The position numbers and the translations under genes were made by a program. Of a stretch of 64,000 nucleotides of DNA, positions 49,465 through 58,334 are shown piece after piece. The notes under the pieces were generated by a model. The model saw nothing but the letters and a program-made list of their open reading frames with translations, did not search any database and was not told the DNA's origin. Position 1 is the stretch's first letter, and each line of letters begins with the position of its first letter. Source of the DNA: a bacterium (GTDB lineage Bacteria > Desulfobacterota > DSWW01); assembly GCA_040756235.1 (NCBI GenBank), contig JBFLZG010000090.1, positions 1 to 64,000 on the forward strand. The letters are read 5' to 3'.

Positions 49465-50711
49465 AATTCATCCGGCCGGGCAACGAAGAGCTGTCGCTCC
49501 TGCGCGCCGACCCCCTGCTCTGGGAACAGGAGTTGGACCTATGTCCCGAGGTGGCCGAAGCCGTCGAGAAGGCAGCGGGCCTGCGCGCCGGCCGCGCGTA
49601 CTGGCGCTCCCGGCACGACCACCTGTACGCTCTGGAGCTGGCCGATCTCGGGCGGAGCCGGCCTTCCATGGCCATGGTTCTGGGATTCTGGGACCGGTAC
49701 GAGCCGCGGCCTCCGGAGCACGAGATCGACGCAGATCTGCTGGACTGCATGATCTGGGTCGCGGAGGTTTCGGGATCCCTGGACCCGGCGGACGTGGCCC
49801 GCGTGGCCGAGCGGGCAGGCGCGCGGCCCGGATGGCCGGAGGGGTCGGTCCTGCGCACCCCGGAGGAGCGCTTCGCCGGCCTGCCCGATTTCCCTTACGA
49901 ACCGCAGCACGCGGAGATCGAAGGGCTGCGCATGGCCTGGGTCGAGCACGGCCGGGGCGATCCGATCCTCATGCTCCACGGCGAGCCGACGTGGGGGTAC
50001 CTTTACCGGTACATGATCCCTCCTCTTGCCGAGATCGGCCGTGTGATCGTTCCGGACCTCATCGGCTTCGGCCGCTCCGACAAGCCGGTCGCGGACAACG
50101 CCTACACGTACAAGTCCCACGTCCGCTGGGTGAGGAAGCTCCTCGAAGCCCTCGGGCTCGAACGGATCACGCTCGTCTGCCAGGACTGGGGCGGGGCGAT
50201 CGGCCTCCGGGTGCTCGCGCAACGGCCCGAGCGCTTCCGGCGCCTGGTGGCGATGAACACCGGAATCGGCGGCGGCGAGGACCCCGGCCCCGGGTTCATG
50301 GCCTGGCGCACCTTCTCGCAGCAGGTCGCCGAGATCGATGTCCCTGCTTTGATGAAGACCGCCGTCCTGCGGCCCGGATTCTCCGATGCCGAGGCTGCGG
50401 CGTACGGCGCGCCGTTCCCCGCGAACGAATACCTGACCGCGGCCCGGGTCTTTCCGCGCCTGGTCCCGATTCGGCCCGACCATCCCGGCGCCTTCGAGAG
50501 CCGGGAGGCCATGAAGGTGCTTTCCACCCTCGAGCTCCCGGTGCTCTTGCCCTGGGCGGACCAGGACCCGATCACCGGGCCGTGGGAAGCGGCCCTGCGC
50601 GGCTTGTTCCGAAACGTGGCGCCCCCCCTGACCATCCGGGGGGCCGGCCATTTCCTGCAGGAGGACGCGGGCGCGGAGATCGCCGGCCACATCCGAAGCT
50701 GGATGGGCTGA
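49461..50711 (+). CDS. Haloalkane dehalogenase-like hydrolase with ~128-aa N-terminal extension
   Basis: LRTPEERFAGLPDFPY, HGEPTWGYLYR, PDLIGFGRSDKP, QDWGG, GAGHFLQED; ATGA overlap with the previous gene. Confidence 0.9.
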   Translation: MKFIRPGNEELSLLRADPLLWEQELDLCPEVAEAVEKAAGLRAGRAYWRSRHDHLYALELADLGRSRPSMAMVLGFWDRYEPRPPEHEIDADLLDCMIWVAEVSGSLDPADVARVAERAGARPGWPEGSVLRTPEERFAGLPDFPYEPQHAEIEGLRMAWVEHGRGDPILMLHGEPTWGYLYRYMIPPLAEIGRVIVPDLIGFGRSDKPVADNAYTYKSHVRWVRKLLEALGLERITLVCQDWGGAIGLRVLAQRPERFRRLVAMNTGIGGGEDPGPGFMAWRTFSQQVAEIDVPALMKTAVLRPGFSDAEAAAYGAPFPANEYLTAARVFPRLVPIRPDHPGAFESREAMKVLSTLELPVLLPWADQDPITGPWEAALRGLFRNVAPPLTIRGAGHFLQEDAGAEIAGHIRSWMG

Positions 50712-50721
50712 GTACATGTCG

Positions 50722-50766
50722 GCCCTGGTCGGTGGATACGCCTTTCGGCTTTGTCCATCCTACCGG
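50722..50766 (-). repeat. GTAG-type REP copy
   Basis: GCCCTGGTCGGTGGATACGCCTTTCGGCTTTGTCCATCCTACCGG. Confidence 0.85.
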
Positions 50767-50774
50767 TTGCTGCA

Positions 50775-51031
50775 TGAGTGCGGTGGGTGTCCCGCGCGAG
50801 GAGACGAGGGCGAGTCGCGGAGGTCATCCCGAGCTCCGACAGGCCGGTGGAACGCAGCTCTGTTTCTCGAATACCGAGCCCGTCAGGCTCGTGCGTCCCG
50901 ATTCACCCGGCCCGGAACGAGGGACGAAAAAGCCGATCCGCCCGAAGGGCTGCAGTCTCCGACCCATGGGAGGAGAAGGGCCGGAGCGTTCTGAGCCCGA
51001 GACGATCGAGGCGGGGCACCCATCGCGCTCA
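50775..51031 (+). repeat. Full copy of the ~260-nt structured repeat
   Basis: Termini TGAGTGCGGTGGGTGTCCC...GGGGCACCCATCGCGCTCA. Confidence 0.9.
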
Positions 51032-51076
51032 GCCCTGGTTGGTGGACACGCCTTTCGGCTTTGTCCACCCTACCGG
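51032..51076 (-). repeat. GTAG-type REP copy
   Basis: GCCCTGGTTGGTGGACACGCCTTTCGGCTTTGTCCACCCTACCGG. Confidence 0.85.
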
Positions 51077-51110
51077 AAGGCTCCGGATCAAGGGCGGTGC
51101 ACTGGATGGG

Positions 51111-51142
51111 GTAGGAAAGGGCGACGCATGCGTCGCCCCTAC
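51111..51142. repeat. GTAG-type REP palindrome (GGGCGACGCATGCGTCGCCCCTAC)
   Basis: Perfect palindromic core; second copy at about 61934-61957. Confidence 0.8.
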
Positions 51143-51274
51143 GACCTCTCCGACCACGGGGCCGCTGCCTGCATCCAAATCGAGAGGGCATTCTCTCTGG
51201 CCTTTGCCTTCCCTTTTTCTTTCAATTTCAATCCTGATCTCCCCGTCAGCCACAGTGTCACGGGAGTGGAAAAC

Positions 51275-53962
51275 ATGGCCGCATCGGGCAGCCGTGAAGC
51301 CGATCGCCCCGACCTCGATCGCATCGAAACCCGCGAGTGGCTCGACTCCCTGGAATACGTGCTGCGGCGGGCCGGGCCCGGGCGGGTGGTCGAGCTGCTG
51401 AGAGAGCTGCAGGGAAGGGCGTCCGAGCTGGGCATCCATCTGCCTTTCCTGGCCAACACTCCGTACGTGAACACGATCCCCCGCAAGGCGCAGCCCCCCT
51501 TTCCGGGGAACCGGGAGATCGAGCGTCGCATCAAGAGCATCATCCGCTGGAACGCCATGGCCATGGTCGTCAATGCCAACCGGCAGGAGCATGGCATCGG
51601 GGGCCACATCTCGACCTACGCCTCCGCGGCCACCCTGTACGAGATCGGCTACAATCACTTCTTCCGGGCCAGGACCGACGACTACGCGGGCGACCAGATC
51701 TATTTCCAAGGCCACGCCGCCCCGGGGATCTACGCGCGCGCGTATCTGGAGGGCCGGTTGTCCGAAGAGCAGCTCAAGAATTTCCGGCGGGAGCTCGCGC
51801 CCGGCGGCGGGCTGCCCTCCTATCCCCATCCCTGGCTGATGCCCGACTTCTGGGAGTTCCCGACCGTCTCCATGGGGCTGGCCCCGATCATGGGCATCTA
51901 CCAGGCGCGCTTCAACCGCTACCTGGAAGACCGGGGGCTCGCCCGGCAGAAGACCGGCAGGGTCTGGGTCTTCCTGGGGGACGGCGAGCTCGACGAGCCC
52001 GAGTCGCTGGGCGCGATCACCCTGGCTTCCCGGGAAGAGCTCGACAACCTGATCTTCGTGGTCAACTGCAACTTGCAGCGCCTGGACGGCCCGGTCCGGG
52101 GCAACGGCAAGATCATCCAGGAGGCGGAGGCGATCTTTCGCGGCGCTGGCTGGAACGTGATCAAGGTCATCTGGGGCGGCGACTGGGACCCGCTGCTCGA
52201 GCAGGACGAGGAGGGGCTGCTCGTGCGCAGGATGGAGCAGGCCTGCGACGGCGACTACCAGAAGTACGTCGTGGAGCCCGGCGCGTACATCCGCAAGCAC
52301 TTCTTCGGCGCCGACCCCCGGCTCCTCAGGCTGGTCGAGCACCTCTCGGACGAGCAGCTCCGGCGCATGCGCCGGGGCGGCCACGACCCGGAGAAGGTCT
52401 ACGCCGCCTACCGGGCGGCCGTGGACAACCACGGCACCCCTTCGGTGATCCTGGCCAAGACGATCAAGGGGTACGGGCTGGGGGAAGCAGGGGAGGGCAA
52501 GAACATCACCCACAAGCAGAAAGAGCTGAACGAAACCGAGCTGCGGGAATTCCGATCGCGCTTCGGCATTCCCCTGTCCGACGAACAGGTGGGCCGCGTG
52601 CCCTTCTACAAGCCGCCTGAGGACAGCTCCGAGATGCGCTACCTGCGCGATCGGCGCGAGCGCCTCGGGGGTTACCTGCCCCGGCGCCAGGAGCGGGCCG
52701 AGGCCCTGGAACCGCCCCCCGAGAAGATCTTCGAGGAATTCTATGAGGGCTCGGCCGGCCGGGCCGGATCGACCACGGGCGCCCTGGTGCGGATGCTCTC
52801 CAAGATGCTCCGGGACCCGAAGGTCGGGCCGCTCATCGTGCCGATCATTCCGGATGAGGCGCGCACCTTCGGCATGGAGCCCCTGTTCCGCCAGGTGGGC
52901 ATCTTTTCCCACATCGGCCAGCGTTACGAGCCGGTGGACGCGGCCACGCTGCTCTACTACCGCGAGACCGAGGACGGCCAGATCCTGGAGGAGGGGATCA
53001 CCGAGGCCGGGTCCATGTGCTCCTTCATCGCCGCCGGCACCGCGTACGCGACCCACGGCATCCACACGATCCCATTCTTCTTCTTTTATTCCATTTTCGG
53101 GTTCCAGCGGATCGGCGACCTGATCTGGGCCGCCGGCGACGCGCGCTGCCGGGGATTCCTGGTCGGCGGGACGGCGGGCAGGACGACCCTGGCCGGGGAA
53201 GGGCTCCAGCACCAGGACGGGCACAGCCACCTGCTCGCCTTGAGCCACCCGAGGGTCGTCAGCTACGACCCGGCCTTCGCCTACGAGCTGGCGGTGATCG
53301 TCCGGCACGGCCTCCGCCGCATGGTCCAGGACCGGGAAAGCGTCATGTATTACCTGACGGTCGGGAATGAATCCTACCCCATGCCGGCCATGCCGGAGGG
53401 GGCCCGGGAGGGCATCCTGCGCGGGATGTACCGGTTGCGCGAGTCGGGGCTGAAGGAGGCCAACAAGCCCAGGGTCCACCTGCTCGGGAGCGGTTCCATC
53501 CTGAACGAGGCGCTCGAAGCCGCTCCCATGCTCGAGGAGGGCTACGGCGTGGCCGCCGACGTCTGGAGCGTCACCAGCTACAAGGAGCTCTACGTCGATG
53601 CGATCCGTGCGGACCGGCGGAACGGTTTGCACCCGGAGGAGGCGTCCCGTCCGCCCTACGTGAGCGCTTGCCTGGCCGACGGCGCGGACGCGATCGTGGC
53701 GGCGAGCGACTACGTGAAGGCACTTCCCTGCTCTCTGGCGGCCTGGGCGCCGGCCCCCCTGATCGGGCTCGGCACGGACGGGTACGGCCGCAGCGACGGG
53801 CGCGGCGCACTGCGCGATTTCTTCGAGGTCGACCGGCGGCACATCGTCCTGGCCGCGCTGGCCGGCCTGGCCCGAACGGGCAGGATGCCCCCGGGGGTTG
53901 CCGCAGAGGCCCGAGGCAAGCTGGAGATCGATCCCGAGAAGGCAGACCCGTTGCTGGCGTGA
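51275..53962 (+). CDS. aceE: Pyruvate dehydrogenase E1, homodimeric type
   Basis: ETREWLDSL, GGHISTYAS, FPTVSMGL, GDGELDEPES, VNCNLQRLDGPVRGNGKIIQE, GEGLQHQDG. Confidence 0.96.
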   Translation: MAASGSREADRPDLDRIETREWLDSLEYVLRRAGPGRVVELLRELQGRASELGIHLPFLANTPYVNTIPRKAQPPFPGNREIERRIKSIIRWNAMAMVVNANRQEHGIGGHISTYASAATLYEIGYNHFFRARTDDYAGDQIYFQGHAAPGIYARAYLEGRLSEEQLKNFRRELAPGGGLPSYPHPWLMPDFWEFPTVSMGLAPIMGIYQARFNRYLEDRGLARQKTGRVWVFLGDGELDEPESLGAITLASREELDNLIFVVNCNLQRLDGPVRGNGKIIQEAEAIFRGAGWNVIKVIWGGDWDPLLEQDEEGLLVRRMEQACDGDYQKYVVEPGAYIRKHFFGADPRLLRLVEHLSDEQLRRMRRGGHDPEKVYAAYRAAVDNHGTPSVILAKTIKGYGLGEAGEGKNITHKQKELNETELREFRSRFGIPLSDEQVGRVPFYKPPEDSSEMRYLRDRRERLGGYLPRRQERAEALEPPPEKIFEEFYEGSAGRAGSTTGALVRMLSKMLRDPKVGPLIVPIIPDEARTFGMEPLFRQVGIFSHIGQRYEPVDAATLLYYRETEDGQILEEGITEAGSMCSFIAAGTAYATHGIHTIPFFFFYSIFGFQRIGDLIWAAGDARCRGFLVGGTAGRTTLAGEGLQHQDGHSHLLALSHPRVVSYDPAFAYELAVIVRHGLRRMVQDRESVMYYLTVGNESYPMPAMPEGAREGILRGMYRLRESGLKEANKPRVHLLGSGSILNEALEAAPMLEEGYGVAADVWSVTSYKELYVDAIRADRRNGLHPEEASRPPYVSACLADGADAIVAASDYVKALPCSLAAWAPAPLIGLGTDGYGRSDGRGALRDFFEVDRRHIVLAALAGLARTGRMPPGVAAEARGKLEIDPEKADPLLA

Positions 53963-54048
53963 TGCCGAGGCCGGCGCGTTGCGACCGCAATCACGCATCT
54001 GCAGCCGCTATTACGGATGCATGAATGAATTTGATGCTTACGCTCTTT

Positions 54049-54142
54049 CCCCCTCACCCTGGCCCTCTCCCCCTGCGGGGGCGAGGGTACTTCCAGGTCG
54101 CCGGTTTCCTCTCCCCTCCGAGGAGAGGATTAAGGTGAGGGG
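54049..54142. repeat. CCCTCACCC-type REP doublet between aceE and aceF
   Basis: CCCCCTCACCCTGGCCCTCTCCCC...GAGGG and CCTCTCCCC...GGAGAGGATTAAGGTGAGGGG in inverted arrangement. Confidence 0.75.
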
Positions 54143-54198
54143 TGACAATTTGCCTCATCGCCAAATGCGTTTGGATCAGAGCGAAAGGGAACGTCCTC

Positions 54199-55548
54199 AT
54201 GGCTACCCGCGAGATCGTCCTTCCGGAGCTGGGGGAGAACATCGAGACGGCGGATGTGGTGGCTGTCCTGGTCGAGGTCGGCCAGACGATCCGGGAAGGG
54301 CAGTCGATCGTCGAGGTGGAATCGGAAAAGGCGTCGGTGGAGATTCCTTCCCCCTTTGCCGGAGTCGTCCGCGAGATCCGCGTCAAGGTCGGGGACCGGG
54401 TCCGCCCCGGCCAGGTCCTCGCCGCCGTGGAGACGCAGGCCGAGGAAGCCCGCGGGGCAGGCGCCGTGCCCGGGGAAATCCGGGACAAGGAGCGCAGGCC
54501 GCAGCCGGCTGCAGCGACGGAGCCGATGGAGCCAGAGACAGAGGGTCGGCCGGAGCCCGAGGCTGTTCCTCCGCCTGCTCCGGAGCCGGCCCCGTCCCGG
54601 GAAGCCCAGGTCGTCCCTGCGGGTCCGGCGGTGCGGCGGCTCGCCCGGGAGCTGGGCGTCGACCTCCGGGAAGTGGCCGGAACGGGCCCGGCCGGCCGCA
54701 TCAGCGGCGAAGACGTCAAGGAGCACGTCCGCAAGGAGCTCGCGGCAAGGAGAGGCGCGCCGGCGCCGGTGCCGATCGCCGCCGCGGCGGCCGCCGCTCC
54801 GGCACCGGATGCCGGGCATGCGGAGCTGCCGGACTTCAGCCGATTCGGCGAGGTCGTGCGCGAGCCCCTGGGCGCCCTGCGCCGAAAAGCGATGCAGTCG
54901 ACGGGGCTCTCCTGGGCGATGATCCCGCACGTCACCCAGTTCGACCGCGCCGACATCACCGAGCTGGAAGAGCACCGCAGGGAGCTCACCCCCAGGGTCG
55001 AGGCCGCCGGCGCCAAGCTCACGATCACGGCGATCCTGATCAAGGTTGCGGCCCTGGCCCTGCGCGCCTTTCCCAAGTTCAACGCCAGCCTGGACGCGCA
55101 GAAGGAGGAGATCGTCTACAAGAAGTACGTCCACATCGGGGTCGCGGTGGACACGGACCGGGGTCTCGTGGTGCCCGTTCTCAAGGATGCGGACCAGAAG
55201 AGCCTGACCCGGATCGCCGTGGAGCTCGCGGATTTGGCGGGCAAGGCCCGCGGCCGCAAGCTCGGCCCGGACGACATGAGAGGCTCCAACTTCAGCGTCA
55301 CCAACCTCGGGGGCCTGGGAACGACCTACTTCACGCCCCTGGTGATCTGGCCGGACGTGGCCGTCCTGGGGCTGGGCCGGGCCGATGTCGAGCCCGTGTT
55401 CCGGGCGGGCGAGATCTCGCCCCGACGGATCCTGCCTCTTTCGATCTCCTACGACCACCGGCTGATCGACGGCGCCGACGCAGCGCGGTTCCTGCGCTGG
55501 GTCGCCGAGGCGCTCGAGAAACCGCTCATGCTCTTTCTGGAGAGTTGA
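54199..55548 (+). CDS. aceF: Dihydrolipoamide acetyltransferase (E2), single lipoyl domain
   Basis: EVESEKASVEIP lipoyl Lys, AGPAVRRLARELGVDL binding domain, SYDHRLIDGADAARF. Confidence 0.93.
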   Translation: MATREIVLPELGENIETADVVAVLVEVGQTIREGQSIVEVESEKASVEIPSPFAGVVREIRVKVGDRVRPGQVLAAVETQAEEARGAGAVPGEIRDKERRPQPAAATEPMEPETEGRPEPEAVPPPAPEPAPSREAQVVPAGPAVRRLARELGVDLREVAGTGPAGRISGEDVKEHVRKELAARRGAPAPVPIAAAAAAAPAPDAGHAELPDFSRFGEVVREPLGALRRKAMQSTGLSWAMIPHVTQFDRADITELEEHRRELTPRVEAAGAKLTITAILIKVAALALRAFPKFNASLDAQKEEIVYKKYVHIGVAVDTDRGLVVPVLKDADQKSLTRIAVELADLAGKARGRKLGPDDMRGSNFSVTNLGGLGTTYFTPLVIWPDVAVLGLGRADVEPVFRAGEISPRRILPLSISYDHRLIDGADAARFLRWVAEALEKPLMLFLES

Positions 55549-55552
55549 CGCC

Positions 55553-56977
55553 ATGGCATCCGAATCGAGTGAGCTCGTGGTGATCGGCGCCGGGCCGGGC
55601 GGCTACGCCGCCGCGTTCCTGGCCGCGGACCTCGGGATGGAGACGGTCCTGGTCGACCCGGAGCCGAACCCGGGCGGGGTCTGTCTCTACCGGGGGTGCA
55701 TCCCGTCCAAGGCGCTGTTGCACGCCGCCGCGGTGATCGCCCAGGCCAAAGAGGCGGAGCGCTGGGGGATCGCCTTTTCGGGGCCCAGCATCGACGTGGA
55801 GAGGCTCCGGGCCTGGAAGGACAGCGTGGTCGAGAAGCTGACCGGAGGCCTCGGAGTGCTCCGGAAGCGACGCAAGATCGAATACCTGCGGGGACGGGCA
55901 CGTTTCCGGGACGCCGGGACCGTGGAGATCGAGCCGGTGAGCGGCCAGGGGTCGACCCTGTCGTTCCGGCACGCGATCCTGGCCACCGGTTCCGGGCCAT
56001 CGGCCCTCGGGAACCTGCCCGTGGAGCACGAGCGCTTCATGAATTCCGAGAGAGCTCTCGACCTCAGGGACGTGCCGGAGCGGCTGCTCGTGGTCGGCGC
56101 CGGGTACATCGGGCTGGAAATGAGCTCGGTCTATGGAGCCCTGGGGAGCCGGATCACGGTCGTGGAGATGACCGACGGCATCCTGCCGGGCGTGGACCGG
56201 GACCTGGTGCGGCCCCTCGGGACGCGGCTGAAGGGGGCTCTTGAGGCGATCTTGCTCGGTACGGTGGTGGCCGAATGGTCGGAGACCGACCACGGCGTAC
56301 GGGTGCGCTTCGAAGGCAAGCAGGCGCCGTCCGAGCCGATGGAGTTCGACAGGATCCTGGTTTCGGTGGGCCGGAAACCCTGCAGCGGGGGCCTGGGCCT
56401 GGAAAACACGCGGGTCCAGCTTACCCAGGGCGGGTTCGTGCGCGTGAACGGCCAGCGCCAGTCCGACGAGCCCTCGATCTACGCGGTCGGCGACGTGGCC
56501 GGCCAGCCGATGCTGGCCCACAAGGCTTCGCACGAGGGCAGGACCGCTGTCCAGGCCATCTCGGGCCGCCGGGTGATGTTTGACCCGAGAGCGATCCCGG
56601 CCGTCGTGTTCACCGAGCCGGAGATCGCCTGGTGCGGCCTCACCGAGGTGCAGGCAAAGAGGGAGGGTCGCGAGATCAAGGTCTCCCGCTTCCCCTGGTC
56701 CGCCTCAGGGAGAGCGGCAACCCTGGATCACACCGACGGCGTGACCAAGCTTGTCCTCGAGCCCGGAACAGACCGCGTCCTGGGAGTGGGCCTTGCCGGG
56801 ACCGGTGCCGGTGAGCTCATCGCCGAGGGAGTCCTCGCCGTAGAGATGGGGGCCTGCGCGGAAGACCTGTCTCTGAGCATCCATCCGCATCCGACGCTTT
56901 CCGAAACGGTTATGGAGGCGGCAGAGGCCCTCTACGGGCTGAGCACGCACTACCATCGTCCGGCCGCCAAGGGGTGA
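55553..56977 (+). CDS. lpdA: Dihydrolipoyl dehydrogenase (E3)
   Basis: GAGPGGY, GGVCLYRGCIPSK, MLAHKA, HPHPTLSE. Confidence 0.97.
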   Translation: MASESSELVVIGAGPGGYAAAFLAADLGMETVLVDPEPNPGGVCLYRGCIPSKALLHAAAVIAQAKEAERWGIAFSGPSIDVERLRAWKDSVVEKLTGGLGVLRKRRKIEYLRGRARFRDAGTVEIEPVSGQGSTLSFRHAILATGSGPSALGNLPVEHERFMNSERALDLRDVPERLLVVGAGYIGLEMSSVYGALGSRITVVEMTDGILPGVDRDLVRPLGTRLKGALEAILLGTVVAEWSETDHGVRVRFEGKQAPSEPMEFDRILVSVGRKPCSGGLGLENTRVQLTQGGFVRVNGQRQSDEPSIYAVGDVAGQPMLAHKASHEGRTAVQAISGRRVMFDPRAIPAVVFTEPEIAWCGLTEVQAKREGREIKVSRFPWSASGRAATLDHTDGVTKLVLEPGTDRVLGVGLAGTGAGELIAEGVLAVEMGACAEDLSLSIHPHPTLSETVMEAAEALYGLSTHYHRPAAKG

Positions 56978-57427
56978 GGGGGACCCGCCCGGTCCTGCCC
57001 GGCCGTTCACGCTCTTCCACCTGCTGCTTCCCGACCGCCTGGTGTTGCCGCGGCTCAGGAGACCACCGGTCCGGCCGCCCGCGTCCCGGTCGGGCGCGGA
57101 GCCGGATGCCCGGGCGGCATCGGCAACCGGGCCGCCGCCGACGCGCGCACGGGGGCCGGGAAACCGCGACCAGGCTGCCTCGGATTCGGAGCCGGAGCTG
57201 GAGCCGGTCGAGCGTTCCTGTAACGACGAGGCCGAAGAGGCTCTTTGCTGGTCTGCCCCTGCGTGCAGGAGACGCTCCACTTTCCACTGGGCGCCGGTCA
57301 CTTTCCTGCGGACCGCGTCCAGTTGCTGCTCCACCGGTTTCAGGCCGCCTGTTCTCCGGTACGCCTGAATCGCCAGGATCAAGGCCGCCAGAGCGGTGAG
57401 AAGCGCAAGAACAGCCATTCCCTCCAT
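56705..57427 (-). CDS. Possible small membrane-anchored hypothetical protein; only the first ~60 aa look coding
   Basis: GGAGG RBS 12 nt after the comA stop; TM helix AVLALLTALAALILAIQAYRRTGG then coiled coil; the tail is low-complexity and overlaps lpdA. Confidence 0.4.
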   Translation of the reverse strand: MEGMAVLALLTALAALILAIQAYRRTGGLKPVEQQLDAVRRKVTGAQWKVERLLHAGADQQRASSASSLQERSTGSSSGSESEAAWSRFPGPRARVGGGPVADAARASGSAPDRDAGGRTGGLLSRGNTRRSGSSRWKSVNGRAGPGGSPSPLGGRTMVVRAQPVEGLCRLHNRFGKRRMRMDAQRQVFRAGPHLYGEDSLGDELTGTGPGKAHSQDAVCSGLEDKLGHAVGVIQGCRSP

Positions 57428-57439
57428 CTTCCTCCGACG

Positions 57440-58282
57440 TCATCCCTTGTAGCTCAGGACACGTCCCCACAGGCTCTTGGTGCCCCAGATGCCTGCCCGA
57501 AGGCATTCGAGCTGCACGATCTGGCTGTGGTCGACGAACAGGTTCACCTCGGGCCCGTAGTTCTTGATGTACCAGGCAAACACGTCCGGATCGGCGGCCT
57601 CGAACATGATCTTTTCCAGCCCCAGGGCGTTGGCGATCCTGGAAGCCACGTCCGTGCGCCACACCTTCACGTTTTCCGTGATGCCCTCGGACTCGATCAT
57701 GATCATGTACGCTCCCGCTTCCAGAAACCGCCTGGCCTGGCCGATCGCCCATTCGGGATCCCGCACGCCCTCGGCCTCGAGCTCTGCGGCCGAGGTGGCG
57801 CCGCCGGCGCCGAACTGGATCCCGACCTCGGGCTTGGGCTTGAGGCCGGCCTTGCGGACCTTTTCGATCAGACGCATCCAATCGTCCGTCGAAATGCTGA
57901 TGAACCCGGCAGAGATCTCGAGGATGTCGAACCCCAGCTCTTTGCATTCCCGGATGTAGCGATCGACCGCGTCCGGGCCCTGCGTGAGCACGTGCTCGAT
58001 GAATCCGCCGGTGGACACCAGGACGTCGTGCCGGTGGCAGAGGTCCAGGATTTCCTTCAGGGCCGTGCGCGGCATCAGCGTGAAGGACCCGCCGGCGAAC
58101 TTGAGAGAGTCGATGTAAGACCCCATGGTCTCCAAAACGTCTTCCAGGTATCTCTTACCCATGGGGGTGTAGTACGGGCCCCGGATCTCGGTGATCCCCC
58201 GGTCCCGCGGCTTGGCTGCACGACCGTTCCGCATCAGGAACTCGAAGGCCCTCTCGACGTCCATCTTTCCGCCTGCGCTCAT
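57440..58282 (-). CDS. comA: Phosphosulfolactate synthase (ComA/HSA32 family)
   Basis: KPRDRGITEIRGPYY, LKFAGGS, EISAGF, KPEVG, MIESEG, MFEA, LECLR. Confidence 0.9.
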   Translation of the reverse strand: MSAGGKMDVERAFEFLMRNGRAAKPRDRGITEIRGPYYTPMGKRYLEDVLETMGSYIDSLKFAGGSFTLMPRTALKEILDLCHRHDVLVSTGGFIEHVLTQGPDAVDRYIRECKELGFDILEISAGFISISTDDWMRLIEKVRKAGLKPKPEVGIQFGAGGATSAAELEAEGVRDPEWAIGQARRFLEAGAYMIMIESEGITENVKVWRTDVASRIANALGLEKIMFEAADPDVFAWYIKNYGPEVNLFVDHSQIVQLECLRAGIWGTKSLWGRVLSYKG

Positions 58283-58334
58283 CGACTCGACTCCTTCCTC
58301 GGTTGCAGTTTCAGAGGCTGGCCAACACCCGAGC

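Noticed and set aside
48409..51076. CRISPR array from the three ~40-bp direct repeats
   Set aside because: Spacing is irregular (about 2.3 kb and 0.27 kb), the repeats have GTAG-REP form, and there are no cas genes.
49394..51274. 1522-aa ORF suggesting a giant AceE fusion
   Set aside because: The upstream 627 codons are an off-frame read through the dehalogenase gene and repeats; AceE homology and an RBS begin at 51275.
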